Positions 8,884-17,770 of a DNA stretch of 64,000 bases are shown here, piece by piece (position 1 is the stretch's first letter; each line of letters begins with the position of its first letter). A model generated the notes under the pieces. The model worked only from the letters and a program-made list of their open reading frames with translations. It did not search any database and had not been told where the DNA came from. A program made the position numbers and the translations under genes. The stretch is from NCBI GenBank assembly GCA_964486995.1, contig CAZAOV010000006.1:166-64165 (forward strand). The letters run 5' to 3'. Source of the DNA: an uncultured Gammaproteobacteria bacterium (GTDB lineage Bacteria; Patescibacteriota; Patescibacteriia; SG8-24).

Positions 8884-9219
8884 ATGTCCAAAAAGACAAT
8901 CAGGAATAATCGGCGAAGTGAATCGGGTGATGCCGTGAGTGAGCGCTGTGCCCGCTGCGCCACTCATGTCGCTAAATTCCAAGCGCGGCCAGGCGAAGCG
9001 TATTGGTCCGAAACTGTGTGGTGCCCGGATTGCGGCGCCAGCGAAACTTTTTCAGAAATAGAATTGATTCGTAGGCCGATTAAGTTGGCCTTTCAAATCG
9101 TAAACGGGCGTCCGGTTTTCACGTGGCGTTGCCCGCGATGCGGCGGCGGTCCAGTGGTTGTCGGCAGTATGCCCGGGCGGCTTACGAAGTTCATCGAGTC
9201 GATGGATTCCCTGTTCTAG
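8884..9219 (+). CDS. Zinc-ribbon-like hypothetical protein
   Basis: Three CxxC motifs (CARC, CPDC, CPRC); terminator gacccgacttcgtcgtcgggtttt follows. Confidence 0.55.
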   Translation: MSKKTIRNNRRSESGDAVSERCARCATHVAKFQARPGEAYWSETVWCPDCGASETFSEIELIRRPIKLAFQIVNGRPVFTWRCPRCGGGPVVVGSMPGRLTKFIESMDSLF

Positions 9220-9387
9220 CGCATTTGACCCGACTTCGTCGTCGGGTTTTTGTGTCGGCAGAATCGGTAGGGAAGCAGAGGTGAGGCGGGACGCGCGGAT
9301 GCGTGCGCGAGTTCAACCGTCATTCTGCCCATACATGCCTTTGTTTTGTTGGCTAATTATCGAGCATTCAGTTAAAGTAATCCAAGT

Positions 9388-10206
9388 ATGGACATCCTAT
9401 CCGGAATAATTCTGGGTGCGGTGCAGGGGTTCACCGAGTTCCTGCCGATTTCTTCGTCCGGGCATCTCATATTGGCGCGGTCGGTTTTGGGTTTGCAGAC
9501 AGAGACCGGCTTGGCGGTAGATGCAGTGCTCCAGTTGGCTACTGCATTAGCGGTCTTAATCTATTTTTGGCGCGTTTTTGTGGATTTGGCCCAGACCGCT
9601 TTTAAGATGATCGCTCTTCAACCGGTCGAGAAGCAAAAGCGCAATCTGTTGTTGGCGGTACTTATCGGCACGATTCCGGCGGTCATACTCGGCTTACTGC
9701 TCGAGGACGTTATGGAAACAACTTTTCGCAGCACGACGGTGGTAGTCGGAACGTTGCTTGTCGGTGGCGCTCTGATGTATGCGGCAGAGCTATATAAAGA
9801 CCATCGCCAAAATGAACCACTCACTTGGAGTAGAGGGCTCATCATTGGTTTGTTTCAGTGTTTGGCGTTGGTGCCGGGCATGTCGCGTTCCGGTTCGACT
9901 ATTGCCGGCGGGTTGTTTATCGGCCTAAAACGTGACCGCGCCGCGCGCTTTAGTTTCTTGCTGTCTTTCCCGATAATCGCTGGTTCCGGTTTAAAAAAAT
10001 TGCTGGATTTAGGAACCGGCGGACTGCTCACGGATATGGGCGGGGGACTAATAGCCGGTTTCATTACGGCGTTCGTGGTCGGATTTGGTGCGATTTATTT
10101 CCTGATGCGTTATTTACGGCGACATTCGTTACGAGCGTTTGTGGCGTATCGGGTGATGTTAGCGGCGTTAGTCGCCTGGCTGATTTATTTGCAGTTGGTT
10201 CAATAA
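9388..10206 (+). CDS. uppP: Undecaprenyl-diphosphate phosphatase
   Basis: QGFTEFLPISSSGHL and PGMSRSGSTI motifs. Confidence 0.96.
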   Translation: MDILSGIILGAVQGFTEFLPISSSGHLILARSVLGLQTETGLAVDAVLQLATALAVLIYFWRVFVDLAQTAFKMIALQPVEKQKRNLLLAVLIGTIPAVILGLLLEDVMETTFRSTTVVVGTLLVGGALMYAAELYKDHRQNEPLTWSRGLIIGLFQCLALVPGMSRSGSTIAGGLFIGLKRDRAARFSFLLSFPIIAGSGLKKLLDLGTGGLLTDMGGGLIAGFITAFVVGFGAIYFLMRYLRRHSLRAFVAYRVMLAALVAWLIYLQLVQ

Positions 10207-10378
10207 GGCAGGAACGTAGAGGGTGGATGGGCGCACACTTACAATTTTAAGCTCTGATAGCCCGTGCGTTCTCATGTTCTTAGATTTTAACGAGAAAAAA
10301 GACTCGGCATTACGCCGAGTTTTTGAATTCGCCAGCAAGACTGACTTTTGACCGCCGACCGGCAGTCTATGGGCCGCC

Positions 10379-10849
10379 TCATCCTCCGCCAGAGCCGCAG
10401 CCGCCGCAGTCGTCGCAGCCGCCGCCACCGCCACCCTTGGCGTTACCGAGACCGATTAAACCCCTGAGAATGGATAACACGCCATCCTTGGCCATGATTT
10501 GGTTAAATGGACGGGAGCCTTGGGCAATGAGCCGACCAATCCAAATGTGACCGTAAATGGCCGTCTTGATGACCTCGTAAGTCATGATCAGCTTGGTCTG
10601 ATCTTGCTCCAAGCTTTGTGCCGTACTCAGCACGACCTGAATAATGTCCTGCACAGGTGGCGAGATTATCGCTCCGCCCCGTGCCCGTGTCAAAATAGTT
10701 GGCGCCAGCTTGTTCGCGGCATCGTTACGTGTTTTGAACGCGAGGTCGCCTGCGTATGCGCTAGGCGCATCACTCAAGCCGATTTCGACCATGATTTCAT
10801 TGGTCAGCTCCTGAGCGTTCGGATCATTCATTACGTCATGGAGATTCAT
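10379..10849 (-). CDS. Hypothetical protein with Gly/Cys-rich C-terminal tail
   Basis: SD AGGAGG; ends GGGGGGCDDCGGCGSGGG. Confidence 0.7.
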   Translation of the reverse strand: MNLHDVMNDPNAQELTNEIMVEIGLSDAPSAYAGDLAFKTRNDAANKLAPTILTRARGGAIISPPVQDIIQVVLSTAQSLEQDQTKLIMTYEVIKTAIYGHIWIGRLIAQGSRPFNQIMAKDGVLSILRGLIGLGNAKGGGGGGCDDCGGCGSGGG

Positions 10850-10958
10850 CTCGCCTCCTGCAGAAAATAACGTTATCAGTCGTCTGTGAAACTTTCAACC
10901 GTCGAGTTTTAAGTGAAAAAGCAGTATAATGGTGACAAAGCATTTAAGAGTAATACAC

Positions 10959-11894
10959 ATGGATACATACGATTCAAGAATGGCCCCGTCGGACAGTTCG
11001 CCTGAAATTCCGGGTAGCGAGAGGCCAGAGAAAAAGAAAAGCGGTTACACCGGTGACTGCAAAATGAGATTAATCATTGTTGCTGTAGCGGTGGCCCTGG
11101 TTTCAATCGGTGCAACAGCGCTGTTGACCTCTAATAAAGAGGTGACATCGCAGTCTTGCGACGATAAGTTGGACACGCTAACTAAGCAGGCTATAACCGA
11201 TAAGCAAGCCATGAAAGCCAAGCTGGATGAATTAAGGGAAGATCTGGCCGCAGCTGAGCGCGCTGCGTTGGGGTTGCCGGAAATCGAGGGAACCGAAGAT
11301 GTCACCAGGTTTGAGGGTACGGATTTCGCACTGTACGTCAACAAACAATATCGTTTTGCGTTTCCGTTTCAAGAAAATATGGAGGTTGAGGCTGCGACCT
11401 GCGAGTCTGACGCCTCGGGTGAACCTCAGCTTTCTGCTGGTGCGGTGCCAGCTGTCGTTTTGGAGAACGCCGAACAGAAGTCGTTTTATATCGTCCCCGG
11501 CTATCACTATGAAGCGATTGACGGAAACGACACCATGGGATGCAGAAAGATCGTGCATGATTTAAACTGGTTGGCCGACAATACTTTCGGTACCTCGTTG
11601 ATGTTGTCTGAGAGCCTGGAGAATGTCGAAGCCGTACGTGCTTATTTGCAGACATACGGTGAGCGGTGCGGTGAATTGGCGGAATTCAATCTATTGGCGG
11701 GCACAGAAGAGTCGCCGCTTATGTATCAGGTGGTGCTGGCTCCGGGTGAAGTGGTCGGTGACGTGCCGGAGTGTTTCTACAGCGGTGGAATTGATATGTG
11801 GTATTCACCGTCTTCACAGACCTTGTACACCGTGCCGATCGGCAATGAATTAGATCACAACATCCAGTATCCGAAGCAGCTGCTGGCGCTCTAG
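10959..11894 (+). CDS. Membrane-anchored extracellular protein (TM, coiled coil, Cys-containing domain)
   Basis: Long ORF with N-terminal TM; YVNKQYRFAFPF motif; terminator aagaccggccttcgccggtctttt. Confidence 0.75.
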   Translation: MDTYDSRMAPSDSSPEIPGSERPEKKKSGYTGDCKMRLIIVAVAVALVSIGATALLTSNKEVTSQSCDDKLDTLTKQAITDKQAMKAKLDELREDLAAAERAALGLPEIEGTEDVTRFEGTDFALYVNKQYRFAFPFQENMEVEAATCESDASGEPQLSAGAVPAVVLENAEQKSFYIVPGYHYEAIDGNDTMGCRKIVHDLNWLADNTFGTSLMLSESLENVEAVRAYLQTYGERCGELAEFNLLAGTEESPLMYQVVLAPGEVVGDVPECFYSGGIDMWYSPSSQTLYTVPIGNELDHNIQYPKQLLAL

Positions 11895-11986
11895 CAACAC
11901 AAGACCGGCCTTCGCCGGTCTTTTTGGTTGGTTGTGATATTTGGGCTTGTAAAAAAACAACTTTTACTATATGCTAGTCCCGTTGT

Positions 11987-12061
11987 CGGGGCGTAGCTCA
12001 GTGGTAGAGTGCTCGCTTCGGGTGCGAGAGGTCGCTGGTTCAAGTCCAGTCGCCCCGACCA
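11987..12061 (+). tRNA. tRNA-Pro (anticodon CGG)
   Basis: Acceptor CGGGGCG/CGCCCCG, anticodon arm CTCGC-TTCGGGT-GCGAG, T-loop GGTTCAAGTCC, encoded CCA. Confidence 0.97.
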
Positions 12062-12095
12062 CGTAAAAATCCCAGCTTGCCTGGGATTTTTACGT
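12061..12095 (+). terminator. Perfect 15-bp hairpin after tRNA-Pro
   Basis: acgtaaaaatcccag-cttgc-ctgggatttttacgt. Confidence 0.7.
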
Positions 12096-12287
12096 GCCGC
12101 GTGATTCGTGACCGGCTCCGCAAGGCGCCAACCTAGCGAAAACGACTACATAAATAGATTTGTACCCCCTAAAGGTTGGTAGGCTCTCCGGCATCATTTC
12201 TATCCATGAGGGAATATATTTTAGAAATGCTCCTTGCTATGATATATAAACGCAAGAAAAAAGCCGGAAAGATAGTCCGGCGTTTTT

Positions 12288-12806
12288 TTATTCAAGCGCA
12301 ATTTGCTCTCCCCAGAGGAATTGTCTCATGCGCTCATGATCTACAATGATGGATTGAATACGTATCCCGCCCTCACTATCCGCGGCTAAACGGCACATCA
12401 GACCAATCTTGGTGTCGGTCGATCCGTCACGCAATGCGGTTGCCAGCCCCGGCAGTTCATCCGCATTATAGCGAATAGCGCCGGACTCCTTGAGTCGCTC
12501 CAAGGCATCGATGCGAATTTCATCCGTGACGAATGGCGTGAGAACCCAACAAATATGGGCATCATAATTGGTCAGCAGATTGCGCTCGGGCGCGTCATCC
12601 GGCAGTACACACCGATTATTGAACAGCGTCCATACCGCATTACGGCTAATCTGTTCCGGCGTGCGCTCGACATCAGTCGGAGTTGTTGGTTCCGAACCCC
12701 GACCTGACACTAAGCCGGCTAGACATGAGGGAGTAGCGGTAATCATGATGGTCGTCAGCAGCATTACAGCCAGCGCAAGAATTAGCGCAGAACCAATCGT
12801 TTTCAT
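12288..12806 (-). CDS. Secreted hypothetical protein, paralog of 12933-13430
   Basis: Signal peptide; shared W-x-LFNN-x-C motif and QI-x-LE C-terminus; promoter TTGACT-N17-TATGTT at 12833-12861. Confidence 0.75.
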   Translation of the reverse strand: MKTIGSALILALAVMLLTTIMITATPSCLAGLVSGRGSEPTTPTDVERTPEQISRNAVWTLFNNRCVLPDDAPERNLLTNYDAHICWVLTPFVTDEIRIDALERLKESGAIRYNADELPGLATALRDGSTDTKIGLMCRLAADSEGGIRIQSIIVDHERMRQFLWGEQIALE

Positions 12807-12932
12807 CTTTCATCCCCCTGAATGAGAGATTCAACATAACACCGCAGACGCCAGAAGTCAATCGAGACGGGTTGATGTAAAGAAAAAGGCCATACGTCGT
12901 ATGACCGCTACTGCGCTACGGTTGCAGTTAAG

Positions 12933-13430
12933 TTATTCCAGCGGAATTTGCTGGCGGTTAAGGAACATCAGCATGCGACGTTCATCATCGCATAACTCGG
13001 TCAGGAATATACCGAGCCGGGTTCCGGTGGCGATAAGACGAGTGACATACAGTACTCGACTCGGTGGCGAATTTGCCAGGCCTCGCGACATGAAATCCAT
13101 GCTAAATCCATGGAAGTCAATCATGCCGATGTCGAGTAGGAATTGCAGCGCATCTCGTCGCTGTGGCATTGGTGTGTCGCGGTGCATGGCCACACACATA
13201 TTCGTCTCGATATCAGTTTCGCCATGCCTGCGGACGCAATTGTTGTTGAACAATCTCCAGATGCGATTTCGCTCCCGTTTTCCGAAACTGTGTTGGGCGG
13301 AAGCGGGCGTGCTGTGCGATGGGCTGCACGCTACATTCGGTACCGGCTCAAAGTCATCGGTTGATTGTGCAAACACCGGCGCAGCCATAAGGACTAAGAC
13401 ATGAGAGATGAGAGCGATAGAAAATTTCAC
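12933..13430 (-). CDS. Secreted hypothetical protein, paralog of 12288-12806
   Basis: GTG start at 13430 with SD GGAGGT; signal peptide ending APVFA. Confidence 0.75.
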   Translation of the reverse strand: MKFSIALISHVLVLMAAPVFAQSTDDFEPVPNVACSPSHSTPASAQHSFGKRERNRIWRLFNNNCVRRHGETDIETNMCVAMHRDTPMPQRRDALQFLLDIGMIDFHGFSMDFMSRGLANSPPSRVLYVTRLIATGTRLGIFLTELCDDERRMLMFLNRQQIPLE

Positions 13431-13679
13431 AAACCACCTCCATAAATGACCATACAATTGGCGGGGGATTGGAGCAAGGATCATGGCATGCGGTTTCTTA
13501 TAGCTTCGGCACAAAGAGGAAAGCGGGCAAACAGGTTATATCGATATAGAATTAAATTCAACACTTCTCAGACGGCGCAAATAAAACTAACGGCAGCACG
13601 ATGCCTAAAGGGTAAGCGGGATTCTCATGTTTCTGTTTTTCGCTTTAAAAAAGGCACCCTCATATGAGGGTGCTTTTTA

Positions 13680-14816
13680 TTATCTGGGTTTGATTCGTTC
13701 ATGCCCAGTCGAGATGCCCTCGTTAACTAGGCAGTATAGCGCGGCGAAGTTTGCCGCCAGACCAGCGGCGCCGATAGCTTGGGCCAGCTCTTGTGCGCTC
13801 TCCGTCCGCATCAGCTCGAAGCACATTTTGGCGAACGGGTTCTCGGTGGCGCCTCCGCGAATGCCGACCGGAATATTTACCGCCAGGGTACCGACCAGAT
13901 AAGTGTCCGCAATCTCGTATGAGGTGAGCGGACTGTTTCCGGCAGAATGCGCCACTGCCGCGGTACTTAGCGCACGCGTGTCCTGGCCGGTGGCCAGAGC
14001 CACACCTTCCATGGCATTCAAAATGCCTTTGACGTGGGTATAGCGACGATTTGGGTCCTCGACCGCCCATCTTTGCATCGCCAGGATTTTGCGTGCCGTA
14101 TCTGCACCGCCGATTCGGTTAAGTTGCCAGCGTGCTCGCGCCAGTGTTCGCCAACCGGCATTGGTGTTGGAACAGATACAGGCGGTCGGATGTTCACCGG
14201 TTAACTTGCCGAGTTGATGTCCGATTTTTTCGGTCAGTTTCGTCACGCGACCGGCGCCCATACTTTCGCCGGTATCCCACAGTAGGTTCACCACTATTTC
14301 GGTCTGACCGTTCTTCATCCGGTTGGTGACTACGCTGAGCAGATCGGAGCGTTCATGCGACATCAGAGAATTGACCGTTTCGTGCGCTATACGCCTGGCG
14401 CCTTCTTGCAGTTGTGTCAGAGCCGCATGGCTATGCTCGCAGGTTTTGAATTCGGCGAACAAGATTTGTCCCAGCATTGTGCTCCGCACATTTCCGGTGA
14501 CATCGAATCCCTCAGGCCAGCACAGCCCGGCAGCTTTGGAGCAGCCGGACACGACGCCGCTTTCCTCGGTGGCGAGCGGCAAGAGAATATCTTTGCCGTT
14601 CACTCGGAAGTTCGTTGCCAAACCGAGCGGCACCGGCATAAAACCGATTAGGTTCTCGATCGGCTCATTTACGGCCAAAGCCAGCTCAAGCAGAGAATTC
14701 GAGCCAGACAGGTGAAAACCAGCCCGGACATTTCCAGAAAATAGCCTGCTTTGCTGCAGGAGCGTGATGCGTCCCGCATAATCCGTATGCCGTAGCGGCA
14801 GTTTTGAAAGGTTCAT
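13680..14816 (-). CDS. mvaA: Divergent class II-like HMG-CoA reductase
   Basis: ENLIG, LATEESGVV, SMGA, THVKGILNA, ATGQDTRA, GLAANFAAL, EGISTGH motifs; SD AAGGAG before ATG 14816. Confidence 0.88.
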   Translation of the reverse strand: MNLSKLPLRHTDYAGRITLLQQSRLFSGNVRAGFHLSGSNSLLELALAVNEPIENLIGFMPVPLGLATNFRVNGKDILLPLATEESGVVSGCSKAAGLCWPEGFDVTGNVRSTMLGQILFAEFKTCEHSHAALTQLQEGARRIAHETVNSLMSHERSDLLSVVTNRMKNGQTEIVVNLLWDTGESMGAGRVTKLTEKIGHQLGKLTGEHPTACICSNTNAGWRTLARARWQLNRIGGADTARKILAMQRWAVEDPNRRYTHVKGILNAMEGVALATGQDTRALSTAAVAHSAGNSPLTSYEIADTYLVGTLAVNIPVGIRGGATENPFAKMCFELMRTESAQELAQAIGAAGLAANFAALYCLVNEGISTGHERIKPR

Positions 14817-14933
14817 GGACACTCCTTTAGCCGAAGCAAATCGACCGCCTATTACAGCAAATATTATTATGCCTGTCAATCACTCAAGCTTTAAATAAGG
14901 TCATTTATTTGCTATAATATAAGATAGATTCAT

Positions 14934-15383
14934 ATGAAATCATACGCCACATCAAAAGCACTTATTTTCCGCGTGGTCGTGGTGGCCGTGGACTTTGTTA
15001 TTTTGTGGGTAATTTTTAATGATGTCATGGCCGCCGGAATCGGTACAGGTCTCAGGCATCTGATTCAGATTTTGATGTACTGGTATCACGAGCGAGTCTG
15101 GGAGAGGCATCCATGGGGAATCACTGATGGTGTTGAGACCGCTATACGTACGATTGCCAAAACCGCGACTTTTCGATCTCTGACATTCGGCAAGGATTTG
15201 TTCACCATCATGTTTTTCTCGACCGACATGAACCGCGGATTGATTGGTGTCGCAGTATTGACCATAGTAAACACCCTGATTTATATTGGTTTCGAACGCG
15301 CTTGGGCGGTCAAGGAAAAGTACGACCACGATCACGAACAAGCCGAACCCCAAGATTCGACTTTCATAAAAGTAGAAATTTAA
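14934..15383 (+). CDS. Membrane protein with tandem DUF2061-like domains
   Basis: Two repeats of K-A/T-x-x-FR ... Y-x-x-H/F-ER-x-W. Confidence 0.72.
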   Translation: MKSYATSKALIFRVVVVAVDFVILWVIFNDVMAAGIGTGLRHLIQILMYWYHERVWERHPWGITDGVETAIRTIAKTATFRSLTFGKDLFTIMFFSTDMNRGLIGVAVLTIVNTLIYIGFERAWAVKEKYDHDHEQAEPQDSTFIKVEI

Positions 15384-15477
15384 GCAGTTCTAACTTGTCC
15401 ACATAAACCTAGTTTCAAGCCTGGCTTGCTGAGTCAGGCTTTAAGTTTGATGCGAAAACAGGTAAATTAAATTCGCT

Positions 15478-16764
15478 ATGGATAAGGATTTATTCGCCTA
15501 TAAAGCGGAAAAACAATTAAGACGCGAGGCTCCCTTACCCGATAGAATGCGGCCGGGTAGTTTGGCTGATTTTGTTGGACAGGGCGGCGTGGTTGGGAAG
15601 GGGAGTATGCTGCGGCGGTTGCTCGAAAAAGACGAGGTGCCCTCGATGATTTTTTGGGGTCCACCTGGCACCGGTAAAACCACGTTGGCGCGTATCGTGG
15701 CGCAGATGACCGAATCTCGTTTTGTGCAGTTTTCGGCCGTGTCTAGCGGTGTAGCTGAATTACGCAAAGTGATTGTCGAGGCCGAGGAAAGGCTAAGCCT
15801 GCATGAGGAGCGAACAATCCTGTTCGTGGATGAGATACATCGTTGGAACAAGGCTCAGCAGGACGCCTTCTTGCCGTATGTAGAAAACGGCACGGTCGCT
15901 TTGATTGGCGCCACCACCGAAAATCCTTCTTTTGAGATCAATTCGGCGCTGCTGTCGCGTTGTAAGGTGTTTGTGCTGGAGCGTTTGGTGCCAGAAGACA
16001 TAGAAAAATTATTGCGGCGGGCTCTAAAGGACAAGAAGGTCGGATTTGGAGGTAAAAACGTCGCTGCAGATGATGGTGCAATAAAAATTATCGCCGACGT
16101 GGCGGATGGAGATGCCCGAGCTGCGCTGAATCTGTTAGAGATGGCGGTTAAATCCACCCCTGAACGCGCGATGCGAGATTCCGACAAGGGGCATAAGCTG
16201 ATAAAATTGACTAAAGGGGCGGTAATTAAAATGGTTCGTCGTTCGCATCTGAAATACGACAAGGGTGGTGAGGATCACTACAACATAATTTCCGCATTAC
16301 ATAAGTCGCTGCGCGGTTCGGACGCAAATGCCGCCCTGTATTGGTTGGCGCGGATGTTGGAATCCGGCGAAAATCCGATTTACGTTGCTCGACGGTTGGT
16401 GCGGTTTGCTTCGGAAGATATCGGCTTGGCTGACCCGCAGGCGTTGGTCCAGGCGAACGCCGCGTTCGACGCCACGCACAAACTCGGTATGCCGGAATGC
16501 AACGTGCATTTGGCGCAGGCGGTGGTGTACATGGCTCGCGCAACCAAGTCCAACGAGCTGTACACGGCTTATGCGCAGGCCAGCAAAGATGTCGAACAGA
16601 CACAGAATGAACCTGTGCCGCTGCATTTGCGGAATGCATCAACCCAACTCATGCGCGATTTGGGTTATGGCCGCGATTATATTTATAACCCTTCGGCCGA
16701 AGGGTCGGTGCAGCAGGATTATCTCCCAGACAGCCTCAAGGGAAAGAAATATCTCAAAGACTGA
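15478..16764 (+). CDS. rarA: Replication-associated recombination protein A (RarA/MgsA)
   Basis: PLPDRMRP, GPPGTGKTT, DEIHRWNKAQQD, GATTENP, SALHKSLRGSD, ASEDIGLAD. Confidence 0.96.
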   Translation: MDKDLFAYKAEKQLRREAPLPDRMRPGSLADFVGQGGVVGKGSMLRRLLEKDEVPSMIFWGPPGTGKTTLARIVAQMTESRFVQFSAVSSGVAELRKVIVEAEERLSLHEERTILFVDEIHRWNKAQQDAFLPYVENGTVALIGATTENPSFEINSALLSRCKVFVLERLVPEDIEKLLRRALKDKKVGFGGKNVAADDGAIKIIADVADGDARAALNLLEMAVKSTPERAMRDSDKGHKLIKLTKGAVIKMVRRSHLKYDKGGEDHYNIISALHKSLRGSDANAALYWLARMLESGENPIYVARRLVRFASEDIGLADPQALVQANAAFDATHKLGMPECNVHLAQAVVYMARATKSNELYTAYAQASKDVEQTQNEPVPLHLRNASTQLMRDLGYGRDYIYNPSAEGSVQQDYLPDSLKGKKYLKD

Positions 16765-17732
16765 TGCCTAAAAAAACTCGCTACATCTTAATCGTCATTT
16801 TCATTATTGCCGGACTAGGTATTTTGCTGCTGTCTCAACTGGCGCGCCGCGAAAGGCAGGCCGTTGGCGATTTGTATGGTGCGGCGGTGGGTAACTTGGG
16901 GCAGACTAGTTCTGCAGACCTGACTTTGGTGTTGGATACTTTCGTACAGCCGCCCGCCGGTTTTGGTGCGGATGGTGGTTTGCTCGATTCTATAGATTTA
17001 CCAATCAGGGTGATCGGGCCGTTGCGGGTCGCCTATCCGGCTGACGGAGCGGTAAGTGCCAGCATGGATATGGATATATCCAGCACGCTCGGTAACGTAG
17101 CTCTGCTTACCCTGCGGGGGCAACTCACCCCGCAGGGTGAAATATTTGCTCAGCTCGACGATTTGCCTGATGACATGGGTGCTGACCTCGATGTTGCTCA
17201 GCTGAACGGCGCTTGGTTTACCGTTGATGACCGAGCCGTGGGTCAACTCGTCCCGTGGTCGGATATAAATTCGACAGATGCTAATGCCAGTACCGTGCTC
17301 AGTGCCAATCAGCTGCGCTCTGCACTGTCCGGCATCTTTATTCCGTATCGGCGCTATGAGGATATGCCCCTGAACGGACGGACCGCCGCACATTACGAAA
17401 TGGCTGTTGATGAATCGCGCTTAGTCGAGTTTTTGTCACTTGCGACTAGTACGGCACGCGGTACGCTGCTGACTTCGGAAGAGCGACAATCCATAAGCGA
17501 CCATATCGCCGCGCGCCGCTGGTTGGCAGAAGCCTGGGTTGATATCAACACCGAGCAATTTTTAGAAATCAAACTGGGCATATTTCCTTTTGATGACGAG
17601 AGCGGCATGCCAGTAGCGTTGTCTTTGAGGTTCGGTGAATTCAACCAAGTTTTTGACCTAACAGCACCGGAAACCGCCAAACCTCTTTCAGCAGTGCTTA
17701 TCAAGGCACTTAGAACACCAGCCGGTAATTAG
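16764..17732 (+). CDS. Membrane-anchored LppX/LprAFG (LolA-fold)-like protein
   Basis: N-terminal TM; GRTAAHYEM...AEAWVD...FGEFNQVFDLTAPE pattern. Confidence 0.5.
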   Translation: MPKKTRYILIVIFIIAGLGILLLSQLARRERQAVGDLYGAAVGNLGQTSSADLTLVLDTFVQPPAGFGADGGLLDSIDLPIRVIGPLRVAYPADGAVSASMDMDISSTLGNVALLTLRGQLTPQGEIFAQLDDLPDDMGADLDVAQLNGAWFTVDDRAVGQLVPWSDINSTDANASTVLSANQLRSALSGIFIPYRRYEDMPLNGRTAAHYEMAVDESRLVEFLSLATSTARGTLLTSEERQSISDHIAARRWLAEAWVDINTEQFLEIKLGIFPFDDESGMPVALSLRFGEFNQVFDLTAPETAKPLSAVLIKALRTPAGN

Positions 17733-17770
17733 ATGCGGCACTTTTAGTAATAAACCACCAGTCAACTCAT

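Noticed and set aside
13519-13647. c-di-GMP-I riboswitch-like words (gggcaaac, ggcgcaaa, gcctaaa..ggtaagcggg)
   Set aside because: Spacing is wrong, the GNRA-capped P2 is missing, and no gene lies downstream on that strand.
12062-14879. tRNA-Pro-anchored genomic island or prophage
   Set aside because: No integrase and no duplicated tRNA 3' end (attR) was found downstream.
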